Assembly (NCBI GenBank): GCA_009914755.4
Contig: CP068257.2
Location: 12,320,001-12,384,000 of the forward strand
DNA: 64,000 bases
Direction of reading: 5' to 3'
Origin: the human T2T-CHM13v2.0 reference genome, Homo sapiens
The notes beneath the pieces were generated by a model, which worked only from the letters and a program-made list of their open reading frames with translations, made no database searches and had not been told where the DNA came from. Each line of letters starts with the position of its first letter. Position 1 is the stretch's first letter. Below, one piece after another: positions 11,922-29,271 of this stretch. The translations under genes were made by a program, and so were the position numbers.

Positions 11922-12203
11922 TTAACAAAGTTGTACAGTCATCAATCACCACTGTTTCAGTGCAGAACATTTTCGTCTTCCCAAAAAGAAACCCCTCAGT
12001 AATCACTCCCTGTCCCCCTCCCCTCATGGCCCTTGGCAACCACTATTCTAGTTTTTTGTCTCTATGGATTTACTTATTCTAAACTAGACATTTGATATAA
12101 ATGGAATCATTCAGCATGTGACCTTTTTGTCTGGCATGTGCCAAGATTTTTGAAGCGTACTTTTTAATTTTTCTCTGATATTTTCTAAAGTTTAGATTTT
12201 TAA

Positions 12204-12516
<313 letters not shown>

Positions 12517-12547
12517 AAAAAAATGTATTTTTAGAAGTGTATTACAA

Positions 12548-12740
12548 AAAAAAATTAACTGGATGTAGTGGCAGGCGCCTATGATCCCAGCTACTCAGGA
12601 GGCTGAGGCAGGGAGAATTGCTTGAACCTGGGGGGTAGAGGTTGCAGTGAGCTGAGATCATGCCAGTGCACTCCAGCCTGGGCGACAGAGCGAGAGTCCA
12701 TCTCAAAAAACAAAAAATAAAATAATAAAATAAAATAGTA
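12548..12740 (+). mobile_element. Alu fragment (right monomer plus A-rich tail), sense
   Basis: GGATGTAGTGGCAGGCGCCTATGATCCCAGCTACTCAGGAGGCTGAGGCAGG...GGGCGACAGAGCGAGAGTCCATCTCAAAAAAC, then an A/T-rich tail. Confidence 0.8.
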
Positions 12741-13789
12741 TTCTCACCCTTTTCTACTCACATTCCCTCTGAGCTAATTAGTGCTATTGGCTGGTGTGTA
12801 TCCTTCCACTCACATTTACTTACTCGTACATTCAAATGCAAAATACACATACATACATAGTATGGTGGTGGTTGTATTTTAAAATGAAATTATTTTATGC
12901 ACATTACTTTGCATCTTGCTTTATTTAAGAAAATATTTTAGCTGTTCCTCAAAATAGTTGATAGAGATCTAACACATTCCTTTCAATATTAGGTAACATT
13001 CTGTTACACTAATGAGCCTCATTTACTCGACCATTTCACTGAATGGGTGGATATTCAGATGTTTTCAGTTTTTTGACACCATAGCTAAGTCTTAATAAAT
13101 ATCTTGTTCATATATTCTTCTTAACTGATGCTCTTAATTCTATAGGCTAGAATCCCAAATCTGGGGTTTCTGTGTCAAGAACATTTGCATTTAAAATTTG
13201 TAATAGTTATTACTAGATTTATGTTCCCCAGTAGTTGCAGCAGGTCACAGCTTCATCCCCACTGAAATGCCTATTTTCCTGCATTTTTATCAGGATTAGC
13301 TGTTTTGCAATCTTTAAAATTTTTTGCCCCACTAATAAGGTAAGAAAGTATCTTATCTCAAGTATTCTTACCTTCTCTTTCAGAGGTAAACTGTATGACG
13401 TAATGGATATGTTAATTACCTTGATTGTGGTACTCATTTTAGAATGTATAAGTTTATCAGAACATCATGTTTTGTACACCTTAAATATATACAATTTTTA
13501 TTTTTCAATCATACCTCAATAAACCTGAAAAAAAGTCATTCAGAAAGGAATCAAACAGTAGATACTAGCATTAAAAATATGTTATAAATTTTCAAGCCTA
13601 GAATGATAACATAAGATTAGGAACAAGAATATGTGTGTATAGATTTTAACATTTATATCTGTGAATATTAATCGATATATACAGATCTTGAAGGCAAGTT
13701 ACAATCGTGAAGAAAATGAAAATTATGTTGTGTACCTATAATATGAAAATAAAAAATCACACAAAGGCATATACCTTCACTCAAGGATG

Positions 13790-14240
13790 CATACTCGAGT
13801 ATACATATTATTTATAATAACCTAAATTTGTAAACAGCCCCAAATGTCCATTAACTTGTGAATAAATAAACCAACAGTGATACCTTGAAAGAATGGAATA
13901 CTATTCAGCAATAAAAAGGAACTAACTACTGACTCGGCAATATTCGTGAATCTCAAAAATATTATGCTAAGTGAAAGAGAGATGACATACTATGTGATTT
14001 CTTTTAAAATTTCTAGAAAAGACAAAATTCAGGACAGAAAGCAGATCAGTGGATGCCAGGAGTAGGAGTTAAGGGAGGAAATTTATTGCAAAGGAACAGT
14101 AGGCGACTGATTGTGGTGATGTTTGAAATGTTCTATGTCACGATCATGGTTGTGGTTACATGACTATTCTGAAAGTTCGTTAAGTTGTACACTTCAAATT
14201 GCTGATGCTCATTATATGTTAATTATACCTTAAAGCTAAT
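13790..14240 (+). mobile_element. Old LINE-1 (L1M-type) 3-prime end, sense
   Basis: ...aatggaatactattcagcaataaaaagg...ctaagtgaaagagagatgacatactatgtgatttc...ggatgccaggagtaggagttaaggg...acacttcaaattgctgatgctcattatatgttaattatacctta. This matches the general structure of older L1 3-prime ends, recalled from memory. Confidence 0.7.
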
Positions 14241-15027
14241 AATTCATATTTAATCTCCTTGTGGTTTTGATTTGCATTTCTCTGATGGCCAGTGATGATG
14301 AGCATTTTTTCATGTGTCTTTTGCCTGCATAAATGTTTCTGTTCATATCCTTTGCCCACTTTTTGATGGCGTTGTTTGATTTTTTCTTGTAAATAATTTG
14401 TTTAAGTTCTTTGTAAATTCTGGATATTAGCCTTTTGTCAGATGGGTAGATTGTAAAAATTCTCTCCCACCCTGTAGGTTGCCTGTTCACTCTGATGGTA
14501 GTTTCTTTTGCTGTGCAGAAGCTCTTTAGTTTAATTAGATCCCATTTGTCAATTTTGGCTTTTGTTGCCATTGCTTTTGATGTTTTAGTCATGAAGTCCT
14601 TGCCCATGCCTATGTCCTGAACAGTATTGCCTAGGTTTTCTTCTAGGGTTTTTATGGTTTTAGGCCTAACATTTAAGTCTTTAATCCATCTTGAATTAAT
14701 TTTTATATAAGGTGTAAGGAAGGGATCCAGTATCAGCTTTCTACATATGGCTAGGTAGGTTTCCCAGCACCATTTATTAAATAGGGAATCCTTTCCTCAT
14801 TTCTTGTTTTTGTCAGGTTTGTCAAAGATCAGATGGTTGTAGATGTGTGGTATTATTTCCTAGGACTCTATTCTGTTCCATTAGTCTGTATCTCTGTTTT
14901 GGTACCAGTACCATGCTGTTTTGGTTACTGCAGAGTTGTAGTATAGTTTGAAGTCAGGTAGCGTGATGCCTCCAGCTTTGTTCTTTTGGCTTAGGATAGT
15001 CTTGGCAATGCGGGCTCTTTTGTGGTT

Positions 15028-16219
<1,192 letters not shown>

Positions 16220-16333
16220 CTATTCAGGGATTCAACTTCTTCCTGGTTTTATCTTGGCAGGGTGTTATGTGTCCAGGAATTTATCCATTTCTTCGAGATT
16301 TTCTAGTTTATTTGCATGGAGGTGTTTATACTA

Positions 16334-16423
<90 letters not shown>

Positions 16424-16435
16424 TTATTAGTCTTG

Positions 16436-17566
16436 CTAGCGGTCTATCAATTTTGTTGATCTTTTCCAAAACCATCTCCTGGATTCATTGATTTTTTGAA
16501 GGGTTTTTTGTGTCTCTGTCTCCTTCAGTTCTGCTCTGATCTTAGTTATTTCTTGCCTTCTGCTAGATTTTGAATGTGTTTGCTCTTGCTTCTCTAGTTC
16601 TTTTAATTGTGTTGTTAGGGTGTCAGTTTTAGATCTTTCCTGCTTTCTGTTGTGGGCATTTAGTGCTATAAATTTCCCTCTACACACTGCTTTAAATGTG
16701 TCCCACAGATTCTGGTATGTTGTGTCTTTGTTCTCATTGGTTTCAAAGAACATCTTTATTTCTGTGTTCATTTCCTTATGTACCCAGTAGTCATTCAGGA
16801 GCAGGTTGTTCAGTTTCCATGTAGTTGAGTGGTTTTGAGTGAGTTTCTTAATCCTGAGTTCTAGTTTGATTGCACTGTGGTCTGAGAGATAGTTTGTTAT
16901 AATTTCTGTTCTTTTACATTTGCTGAGGAGTGCTTTACTTCCAACTATGTGGTCAATTTTGGAATAGGTGTGGTGTGGTGCTGAAAAAAATGTATATTCT
17001 GTTGATTTGGGGTGGAGAGTTCTGTAGATGTCTATTAGGTCCACTTGGTGCAGAGCTGAGTTCAATTCCTGGATATCCTTGTTAACTTTCTGTCTCGTGG
17101 ATCTGTCTAATGTTGACAGTGGGGTGTTAAAGTCTCCCATTATTATTATGTGGGAGTCTGAGTCTCTTTGTAGGTCTCTAAGGACTTGCTTTATGAATCT
17201 GGGTGCTCCTGTATTGGGTGCATATATATTTAGGATAGTTAGCTCTTCTTGTTGAATTGATCCCTTTACCATTATGTAATGGCCTTCTTTGTCTCTTCTG
17301 ACCTTTGTTGGTTTAAAGTCTGTTTTATCAGAGACTAGGATTGCAACCCCTGCATTTTTTTGTTTTCCATTTGCTTGGTAGATCTTTCTCCATCCCTTTA
17401 TTTTGAGCCCATGTGTGTCTCTGCACATGAGATGGGTCTCCTGAATACAGTGCACTGATGGGTCTTGACTCTTTATCCAATTTGCCAGTCTGTGTCTTTT
17501 AATTGGAGCATTTAGCCCATTTACATTTAAGGTTAATATTGTTATGTGTGAATTTGATCCTGTCAT
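16436..17566 (-). pseudogene. L1 ORF2 N-terminal endonuclease segment, truncated by a frame disruption
   Basis: A 376-aa ORF starting [46 protein letters not shown]. Confidence 0.85.
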
Positions 17567-17573
17567 TATGATG

Positions 17574-18656
17574 TTAGCTGCTTATTTTGCTCGTTAGTTG
17601 ATGCAGTTTCTTCCTAGCCTCGATGGTCTTTACAATTTGGGATGTTTTTGCAGTGGCTGGTACCGGTGGTTGTTCCTTTCTATATTTAGTGCTTCCTTCA
17701 GGAACTCTTGTAGGGCAGGTCTGGTGGTGACAAAATCTCAGCATTTGTTTGTCTGTAAAGTATTTTATTTCTCCTTCACTTATGAAGCTTAGTTTGGCTG
17801 GATATGAAATTCTGGGTTGCAAATTCTTTTCTTTAAGAATGTTGAATATTGGCCCCCACTCTCTTCTGGCTTGTAGAGTTTCTGCCGAGAGATCTGCTGT
17901 TAGTCTGATGGGCTTCCCTTTGTGGGTAACCCGACCTTTCTCTCTAGCTGCCCTTAACATTTTTTTCCTTCATTTCAGCTTTGGTGAATCTGACAATTAC
18001 AAGTCTTGGAGTTGCTCTTCTTGAGGAGCATCTTTGTGGCATTCTCTGTATTTCCTCAATTTGAATGTTAACTTGCCTCGCTAAGTTGGGGAAGTTCTCC
18101 TGCATAGTATCCTGCAGAGTGTTTTCCAACTTGGTTCCATTCTCCCCGTCACTTTCAGGTACACCAATCAGACATAGATTTGGTCTTTTCACATAGTCCC
18201 ATGTTTCTTGGAGGCTTTGTTCATTTCTTTTTACTCTTTTTTCTCTAAGCTTCTCTTCTCACTTCATTTCATTCATTTGGTCTTCAATCACTGATACCCT
18301 TTCTTCCACTTGATCAAATCAGCTACTGAAGCTTGTGCATGTGTCACATAGTTCTTGTGCCATGGTTTTCAGCTCCATCAGGTCATTTAAGGACTTCTCT
18401 ACACTGGTTATTCAGTTAGAAATTCATCTAATCTTTTATCAAGGTTTTTAGCTTCTTTGCGATGGGTTCGAACATCCTCCTTTAGCTCGGAGAAGTTTGT
18501 TATTACTGATCGTCTGAAGCCTTCTTCTCTCAACTCATCAAAGTCATTCTCCATCCAGCTTTGTTCTGTTGCTGGTGAGGAGCTGTGCTCCTTTGCAGGA
18601 GAAGAGGCACTCTGATTTTCAGAATTTTCAGCTTTTCTGCTCTGGTTTCTCCTCAT
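17574..18656 (-). pseudogene. L1 ORF1 (RNA-binding protein) remnants in three different frames
   Basis: ORF pieces at 18408..18656, 17944..18192 and 17574..17960 together cover the ORF1p sequence. The frameshifts prevent an intact ORF1. Confidence 0.85.
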
Positions 18657-20802
18657 CTTTGTGGTTTTATCTGCCTTTGGTCTTTGATCATGGTGATGTA
18701 CAGATGGGGTTTTGGTGTGGATGTCCTTTCTGTTTGTCAGTTTTCCTTCTAACAGTCAGGACCCTCAGCTGCAGGTCTGTTGGAGTTTGCTGGAGGTCCA
18801 CTCCAGACCCTGTTTACCTGGGTATCAGAAGCAGAGGCTGCAGAACAGCGAATATTGCTGAACAGCAAATGTTGCTGCCTGATCGTTCCTCTGGAAGTTT
18901 CATCTCAGAGGGGTACCCGGCCATGTGAGGTGTCAGTCTGCCCCTACTCAGGGGTGCCTCCCAGTTAGGCTACTCGGGGTTCAGGGACCCACTTGAGGAG
19001 ACAGTCTGTCCATTCTCAGATCTCAAACTCTGTGCTGGGAGAACCACTACTCTCTTCAAAGCTGACAGACAGGGACATTTAAGTCTGCAGAGGTTTCTTC
19101 TGCCTTTTGTTCAGCTAGGTCCTGCCCCCAGAGGTGGAGTCTACAGAGGCAGGCAGCCCTCCTTGAGCTGCGGTGGGCTCCACCCAGCTCGAGCTTCTCG
19201 GCCGCTTTGTTTACCTACTCAAGCCTCAGCAAAGGTGGGCACCCCTCCTCCAGCCTTGCTGCCACCTTGCAGTTCGATCTCAGACTGCTGTGCTAGCAAT
19301 GAGTAAGGCTCCATGGGCATGGGACCCTCCAAGCCAGGCAGCCAGGCATGGGATATAATTGTGCCATTTGCTAAGACCATTGGAAAAGCGCAGTATTAGG
19401 GTGGGAGTGACCCAATTTTCCAGGTGCCTTCTGTCACAGCTTTGCTTGGCTATGAAAGGGAATTCCCTGACCCCTTGCACTTCTGGGGTGAGGTGATGCC
19501 TTGCCCTGCTTCGGCTCATGCTCGGTGCGCTGCACCCACTGTCCTGCACCCACTGTCCTACAAGCCCCAGTGACATGAACCCAATACCTCAGTTGGAAAT
19601 GCAGAAATCACCCATCTTCTGCGTTGCTCATGCTGGGAGCTGTAGACTGGAGCTGTTCCTATTCGGCCATCTTCCACTTTACCACTTATCATTAGTTTTA
19701 AAGAAAAAAAAACTGACATAATGGAAATTTTCACTATACCTCAGGAAGGGAATTCAGTGGAAAAGTAAGCTTCCTATTCCCTCTTGACCTTCAGTTTATA
19801 CTTTTCTTCCTAAGTCAAGTACTACTACTGGTTTCTTATGCTATTTCTAGAACTAGCCTATCTATCTGTTGTCTATTTAAAATAACTCATTATTCACCTT
19901 TTATTTGAGCTGCCTTATGGATCTATGTAGTTTTTCTGTCTCTTTTTAAAATTTTTTATGTGGTAAAATACACATAACATAAAATTTACCATCTTAACCA
20001 TTTTTCAGTGTACAGTTTAGTAGCACCATCTTTCACATTGTTGTGCAACCAATCTCCAAAACCTTTTCATCGTGCAAAACAAATTCTGTATCTATTCAAC
20101 AGCTCTCCATTCTTCCCTACCCACAACTCCTGCAACCATCCTTCTACTTTCTGTCTGTCTGAATTTGAATACCTCACATAAGCGGAATCATACAGTATTT
20201 GCCTTTTTGACATGGGCTTATTTTACTTAGCATAATGTCCTCCAGTTCCATTCACGTTGCCTTGAAAGACAGGATTTCATTATTTCTTTATGGCTGAAAT
20301 AGTATTCATCCGTGTTGTAGCATGTCAGATTCTCTTCCTCTTTAAGGCTGAATGATATTCCATTGTATGTATATACCAACATTCTATTTATCTAAATGTA
20401 TCTGCCAATGGATTTTTCAGTTTCCACCTTTTGGCTATTACAAATAATGCTACTGTGAACATGGGAGTACAAATAACTTCAAAGCCCTGCTTTTAATTGT
20501 TCTGAATATATATCCAGAAGTGGACTTTCTGGATCATATCTTTATTCTATTTTTAATTTTTTGAAGAATTTCTTTTTTTAAGTCACTTTTGATGGTTTGT
20601 TCTTTGCCAGAAAATATATTTTTCAATTTTATCAGTGCAGAGTTGTATATAATATTTATATATTTTACTTGTACAATTATATAAAAGTTGTATTATATTT
20701 CTATATTCTCATATAATTATCTTCAGTATCCATGTTTGTAACTGTTTCCTTATTTCTCTTTTTCCTCTTTCATGTTTACTATTTTATTGGTCTTTAAAAC
20801 CT

Positions 20803-21115
20803 AGACTTTGATTTTTTTTTGTTGTTGTTGTTTTTGAGACAGAGTCTTGCTCTATCACCCAGGCTGGAGTGGAGTGGCGTGATCTCAGCTCACTGCAACC
20901 TCCGTCTCCCAGGTTCAAGTAATTCTCCTGCCTCAGCATCCTGAGTAGCTGGGATTACAGGTGCCGGACACCATGCCCAGCTAAGTTTTGTATTTTTAAT
21001 AGAGATGGGGTTTCACTACGTTGGTCAGGCTGTTCTCAAACTCCTGACCTTGTGATCCACCCACCTCAGCCTCCCAAAGTGCTGGGATTACAGGCATGAG
21101 CCACCGCGCCTGGCC
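20803..21115 (-). mobile_element. Alu SINE, antisense, inserted in the old L1
   Basis: Poly-T/GTT tract then GAGACAGAGTCTTGCTCTATCACCCAGGCTGGAGTG...GGATTACAGGCATGAGCCACCGCGCCTGGCC. Confidence 0.9.
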
Positions 21116-23169
21116 GTTTCCTAGCATTTAAATTTTTCTGTTTCATTAATTTTAGCTTTCATTTTATTTATATTGTTATTTCTTCAGGCAATGGCTTGGT
21201 TCATCTATTTTCAGTTTTTTTTAAAAAAAACTGTAAAGTGTAAGGCTCTAAATTTTATTTTTTTAGTTACAGGAATTTTTAATATATTCTGGTTATTAAT
21301 CCCTTATGAGATACATTATTTGCAAGTATTTTCTCCCACTCTGTGGATTGTTGTTTCATCTTCTTGATAGTGTCCTTGATAGACACAAGTTTTAATTTTG
21401 ATGAAGTCCAATTTATCTGTTTTTTCTTTTGTTGTCTGTGCTCTTTTGGCATCATATACCAGAAATCTTTGCCAAATCCAATGTTGGAAACATTTCTTTC
21501 CTATGTTTTCTCCTAGGAGCTTTATAGCTTTACTGTTAAGTTTTGGTCTTTGATCTATTTTGATTTAGTTTTTGTATATGATGTAAGGGAAGGGTCCATC
21601 TTCATTCTTTTGCATCTGGATAATCAGTTTTCCTAGCATCGTTTGTTGAAAAGACTGTTCTTTCTCCATTGAATGGTCTTACTACTTTTTTCAAAAATTG
21701 TTTGGTCATATGTGTGAGGTTTCTTTCTAGGCTCTCTATTCCATTGGTCTATATGACTGTGCTTATGCTAGTACCGCATTGTTTTGATTACTGTAGCTTT
21801 GTAGTAAGTTTTCAAATAAGAAAGTGTGAGTTCTCCAACTTTATTCTTTCTCGAGATACTTCTGACTATTATGTGGTTCTTTGAGATTCATATGAATTTT
21901 ACAATGGGTTTTTCTCTTTCTTTTTGCAAAAAAGACCATTGGGATTTTGATAGGGGTTGCATTGAATCTGTATATTGCTTTGGGTAATATTGTTACTTTA
22001 ACAATCTAGGAACATGGGATATCTTTCCATTTATTTATGTTTAATTTCTTTCAGCAATGTTTGTAGTTTTTTATTGTATAAGTTTTTCACCTCATTGATT
22101 AATTCCTAAATATTTTCTTTTTGATGCTATCATAAGTGGAATTGTTTTCTTAATTTCCTTTTTGTATTTTTCATTGTGAATGTATAGAAATCCACCTGAT
22201 TTTTGTGTGCTGACTTTGTATTCTATGACTTTGAATTTATTAGCTCTATCAGTTTGTTTTTGGTGTGTATGTGTCATCTTTAGGGATTTCTACATATATA
22301 TCTTCTGTGAATAGACATAATTTTGCTTCTTTCTGTCCAACTTGGATGACTTTTCCATCTTTTTCTTGCCTAATTGCCCTGTCTAGAATTTCTAGTATTA
22401 TGCCGAATAGAAGTAGAAAAAGTGGGTATCCTCATCCTGTTCCTGATATTAGGGGGAGAACTTTCAGTCTTTCACTATTGAGTATGTTGTTAGCTATTGG
22501 TTTTTAATATATGGCTTTTATTATGTTGAGGAAATTTCCTTCTATTCCTAGCTTGAGGTTTTTTTTTTTTTAATCATGAAATGTGTGGAAATTTGTCAAG
22601 TGGTTTTTCTGTATCGATTCAGATGATAATGTGGAGTTTCTTCTTCATTCTATTATGTGGTGTATTACATTGATTTTTTGTTGTTGTTGAAGCATCTTGT
22701 GTTCCTGGAGTAAGTTTCACTTGGTCATGGTGTGTCATCCTTTTAATAGGCTGCTGATTTTGTTGAGTTTTTCATCACTATTCCTAAGGTATATTGGCCT
22801 GTAGTTTTCTTGTATTATTTTTGTCTGGCTTTGGTATCAGAGTAATGTTGGACTCATAGAACTAAGGGGGAGAAGTGTTCCCTTCTCTTTAATTTTTTGG
22901 AAGTGTTTGAGAAACTTTCTTCTTTAAATTTTGGGTAGAATCAACCCATGAAAGCTATCTGGTCCTGACCTTTCCTTTGGGAGCTTTTTGATTACTGATT
23001 TGATCCCTTTACTAGTTATAGTTCTATTTAGATTTTCTATTTCCTTATGAGTTAGTTTTGGTAGATTGTGTGTTTGTAGGGATTTGTCCATTTTGTCCAG
23101 ATTATTCAAATTGTTGGCATACAGTTTTACATGGTATCATCTCATCATCCTTTTTAGTTTTGTAAATAA

Positions 23170-23545
<376 letters not shown>

Positions 23546-24429
23546 TAATCGAACTAACTAGAGTTTTCTCAACTTTTTCAAAGAATCAGCTTCTGGTTTT
23601 GTAATTTGTCTCCATGTTTTTCTGTTCTCTGTTTGTTCTCACTCTAATCTTTAGTATTTTCTTCCTTCTGCTAGCTTTGGTGTAGTTTACTCTTTTTCTG
23701 GTTCCTTGAGGTGTATGGTTAGGTTATTGAGTTGAGAATTTTCTTGTTTTTTTAATGTAAAGGTTTACAGCTTTAATTTTTTCTTTTAGCCCTGCATTCA
23801 CTGCATCCTGTAAGTTTTAGTGTATTGTGTTTTCATTTTCATTTGTCTCAAGATGGTTTCTAATTTCCTTCATGATTTTTTCCTTTGATCTATTGGTTAT
23901 GATTCACAAATTTTCCCATATTTGTGAATTTGTTAGTTTTTCATCTGCTGTTGGTTTTTCATTTCCATTATGATCAGAAAACATACTTTGTAAGATCTCA
24001 ATCTCTTTAAATGTATTAAGACTTACTTTGTAGCCTAATATATGGTCTGTTTTGGAGAATGTTCCATGTACACTTAAGAATATATTGTGCTGATGTTGGG
24101 TGAGTTTAGGTGTTGACATGTTACATTTGAGCATACATGTAGGTGGAGATGTGAGATATTCATTTAGGAGAAAAGCCAAGGGAAGAAATTTGTTAATGAA
24201 CTGTAAAGAGGGGTTGACATTCACAAGAATATGTAATTTTTTAAAAAAAAACAAATTTAGAGTGATAGAACAGCCTTGAATATATTCTTATTTAGAAGGC
24301 TGAAGTTTGAATATAGCCTGGAGTGTTAGAAAAGGATGGAACAGTTTATCATAGACCAGAGCCAAGAGAGTATAATATTTAGATTTTAAATATCAAAAAG
24401 AAGATATGATCAGCTGAATTCAAAGTTGA

Positions 24430-24776
<347 letters not shown>

Positions 24777-24998
24777 TTAAAAATTCAATAAAGAAAATAG
24801 AAAAAAGATGTTTTTTTTAATTTGAGAAACATTTAAATGATGACCACTACTTAAATTATGAAATTGAAAACCAGAAATATAAATTATGCACTCTTTATAG
24901 TATGAGTTTTAGAGGTTGTTAATTTGCTATCATATTAGGTAAATCTGGAATAGAAGAAACTTCATATATTATCTTATTGCTATATTTGAATTCTGTAG

Positions 24999-25172
24999 AA
25001 GTTGTTTCTGGACAGTCTATGGAAAGCTCTTGCTGGCCACGGAGGAAGTAGGCAGCTGACACAAAGTTCTGCAATTGCCTGTGCCAAACTGTGTAAAGCA
25101 AGTACTTACATCAACTGGGAAGATAACGCTGTCATTTTCCTACTTGTTCAGTCCATGGTGGTTGATCTTAAG
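24999..25172 (+). pseudogene. NF1 (pseudogene copy): NF1 (neurofibromin) pseudogene exon, homologous to NF1 exon 7 (174 nt)
   Basis: The acceptor is ttctgtag| and the donor CTTAAG|gtaaca. Translation KLFLDSLWKALAGHGGSRQLTQSSAIACAKLCKASTYINWEDNAVIFLLVQSMVVDLK matches NF1 KLFLDSLRKALAGHGGSRQLTESAAIACVKLCKASTYINWEDNSVIFLLVQSMVVDLK (recalled) with several substitutions. The length equals the NF1 exon 7 size as I recall it. Confidence 0.8.
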
Positions 25173-25613
25173 GTAACATGCTTATTCTTTCTCTACTACA
25201 AAGTTTAAGAAAATTAAATTAATTTTCTAACATAAGTATTATGTCAAAGAGAATTGCTAACATTAAAGTTCTGATTCTTCTTTGATAAGTTCATAGGACT
25301 TGCTTTTGTTGTTACTGCATTCATCAGTCTAAATGGACTGAGAATATGAAGAAAACACTGTTTTCTTAAATGAGCATAAATATACAGACTTGGGTTTAAA
25401 ATAATGTGGCAATCAGGGCCTGAAAGGAACCTATATATGGTACAGGAAGAATTGTATCAGATGGATGAACCACAGTATTGGTGCTTTGTGCTGCTTCTGG
25501 CAACTGAATTTTACTGCCATCTATGTGGATAATGTGTTGATGTTATTACATATTAGTAAAGAAATACTGCATGGGTATTTAAAGGCTTTTGTTTTCTGTT
25601 GGGGTTTTTATAG

Positions 25614-25734
25614 AACCTGCTTTTTAATCCAAGTAAGCCATTCTCAAGGGGCAGTCAGCCTGCAGATGTGGATCTTATGATTGACTGCCTTGTTTCTTGC
25701 CTTCGTGTAAGCCCTCACAACAACCAAGTTTAAG
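25614..25734 (+). pseudogene. NF1 (pseudogene copy): NF1 pseudogene exon, homologous to NF1 exon 8, with a 2-bp deletion giving a premature stop
   Basis: The acceptor is tttttatag| and the donor TTTAAG|gtgagg. Translation NLLFNPSKPFSRGSQPADVDLMIDCLVSCLRVSPHNNQV* matches NF1 NLLFNPSKPFSRGSQPADVDLMIDCLVSCFRISPHNNQHFK. The exon is 121 nt rather than 123, which puts TAA in frame. Confidence 0.8.
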
Positions 25735-25981
25735 GTGAGGGCACTGGTTTTTATCTAACTATGTTTACTGATGCCGTTATCCTTTATAAACGGAAAGACT
25801 AGAGGGATAACAGGTTCACCTCTATCGGCATTTCTCACTATTACGTATTGATGTTCATTTCAAGACCTTAAAAACTTAGTGTTTTTTAAAAAACTTTCTG
25901 TTTGCTGTTCTTTTTGACTTCATTTGTATTACTGAGTATTTTTCTCATAGAAATAATCTGCTTTTTTTTCTTTTTCTATAG

Positions 25982-26056
25982 ATCTGCCTGGTGCAGAATT
26001 CACATTCTACATTTCACTATGTGCTGGTAAATTCACTCCATCAAATCATCACCAAT
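25982..26056 (+). pseudogene. NF1 (pseudogene copy): NF1 pseudogene exon, homologous to NF1 exon 9 (75 nt)
   Basis: The acceptor is tttttctatag| and the donor ACCAAT|gtaagt. Translation ICLVQNSHSTFHYVLVNSLHQIITN matches NF1 ICLAQNSPSTFHYVLVNSLHRIITN. Confidence 0.8.
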
Positions 26057-26793
26057 GTAAGTCCAATAGGCATTGCTAAACTACTAAAAAAAAAAATTTC
26101 ATTATTTTCTTTGCATATTTCTTTTTACGAAACGCGCTCTTGGTTTTCAAAAAGGTTCTGAATTTAGATGTACGGAATAGGAAAATTTCTCCACGGTGAT
26201 TATATTTGATAATTGATAAATACTTGTATTTTTCATAGTAAGCCTTGACCGAAGGGCCCATATTAAGGAAGATGGAGTTAATAAGATGCTTTGGAAAGAT
26301 AAATCTAAAGCATTTTATTCAGATCAAAAGCCCTAGAGAAAAATGGCACTGAAAATATAATATAAAATTTTCATCCCAAAGCTTTTCAAACATATTATTT
26401 GAATACTCTTAGCCCTTTCACAGCATTTGATACATTGATTGCCACCTTACCATTTAAGTTAAAAGTAATAGTATTTATGTTGTAGTCCAGTATAGCACAC
26501 TGACAAAATGATGGGACTATATTTGATGGTACTTTAAAACCTTTTGATCTTAAATTTATTCATATTGTAAAATTTCATTTTTCTTAAAATAAAATATTAA
26601 CATACTTTAAAAGAGGTATTCACAAGATACAAAAGCATATCAAACAAAATAAGTGAAATCATTAAAAGGTACTTGGGAAACCTTCAACTCTGATATGGTG
26701 ACATTAAATAGAGAGCAAAACTTTATCAGATTTGGACTGTGGATTTTTAAAATTCTAATTATGAACAACCCAGTTTTGAAAGTTCTCAGATGT

Positions 26794-27084
<291 letters not shown>

Positions 27085-27425
27085 ATGGTTTAGCACTTAT
27101 TACTTAGTCATTGCTTCCATATTTGTGTACATTGCTATTGGTCCCATAAATTGATACATTTCTTGCAGTCTTTTTGGAACGCTATTTGGCAGGAGCTATA
27201 CAAACATTTCATTTTTTTTGTACAAATAATTCAATTTCTATGACTTTAAAAATGTTGTGAATATAACTCAAAAGGAAAAAGCTGCACACATAGGTACTTA
27301 TCGCTCTTGATTACAATAGGAGAATATTAGAAGAACTTTACTAGGAGGAGAATGGGTTAATATTCAATAATGAGAATGGTATTTTAACTTGGTGAGCTGA
27401 TAAACATTCATTAAAACCTATATAG

Positions 27426-27735
27426 GGCCGGGCGCAGTGGTTCTCGCCTGTAATCCCAGCACTTTGAGAGGCTGAGGTGGGTGGATCATAAGATCAGAAG
27501 TTCAACATCAGCCTGGCCAAGATGGTGAAACCTGTCTCTACTAAAAATACAAAAAAAAAAAAATTAGCTGGGTGTGGTGGTGGACCCCTGTAATCCCAGC
27601 TACTTGGGAGGCTGAGGCAGAGAATTGCTTAAACCTGGGAGGCGGAGGATGCAGTGACCCGAGATCACATCAATGCACTCCAGCCTGGGCCACAGAACGA
27701 AGCCACGTCTCAAAGAAAAAAAAACCAAAAAAAAA
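27426..27735 (+). mobile_element. Alu SINE, sense. First of two Alus inserted at the same target site. TSD aaaacctatatag
   Basis: Left flank cattaaaacctatatag|GGCCGGGCGCAGTGG. The A-rich tail is followed by aaaacctatatag. Confidence 0.9.
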
Positions 27736-27747
27736 CCTATATAGATC

Positions 27748-28364
<617 letters not shown>

Positions 28365-29271
28365 TTAATAGTTTTTTGAGATTCTCACAATTAATTGCAA
28401 TTTTCATTAAATATCTCAAAGTAATTACAATAACAATGTTTGAAATGAGATAATATGGGTCTGGCCTTTATACGTTGATAAGTTGACCAAGGGCTGAAAG
28501 GAATGTCCAGAGCTTCACAGTGTCTGCTGGGTTGGGGGTGGAGCGGGGTGGGAGGAATGTGAGTTGGGATTGTAGAATTGGAGTTAAGATAGGATCAGTT
28601 TGAAGGAAGAGTTTACGTTTTATTCTTTATATCTTTGATGGTTTTAATTTATGTAATAATCTATATGTTATATATTGTAAGTGAATTATTTAATTCCTGT
28701 TAATGTTCTCTGAACCAAATTCCAATTTCAGTTCTATGGTCCACTGAAATACTTTAGAATGGATAATCTGTTATGAAATACAAAATCCATTTTGCTTCCT
28801 CTCTCTTGATTTTGAAAAATAGTTGCTCTTTTCTGTTACGAGAGACTTTGTGGCAAGTGAGACGATTTTTACTTATCTTTTGCTGTGTGTATTAATTTTG
28901 GCAAGCCCTTCTTACTTGGGGATTAACTTTTTGTCTCACAGAGTTCTTTAATATCTGTTGAAATTATTTTGTTTGTTTCTTAAAGGAATTTTTACAGTTG
29001 TATATTGTTCTGAATTCATCATTTAGCTTTATATGGTTATGCCAGTTAGAGTAAGAATGATGAGAATAAAATGATATCATTCTGTCTATATTATTCCCTA
29101 GAGGTTTGTGTTCACCAGAGTTTATCTCTTTTTACCTTTTACTATGTATGGAAACTACAAATGAAATAGCTCAATTTCTTAGCATTTATACAGTAAGTAC
29201 TCCAGCGTTATGTTTACCAAACATGTTTGAGTGAGTCTTCTCTTTGCCTTTCTCTTTTTAAAAAAATTCAG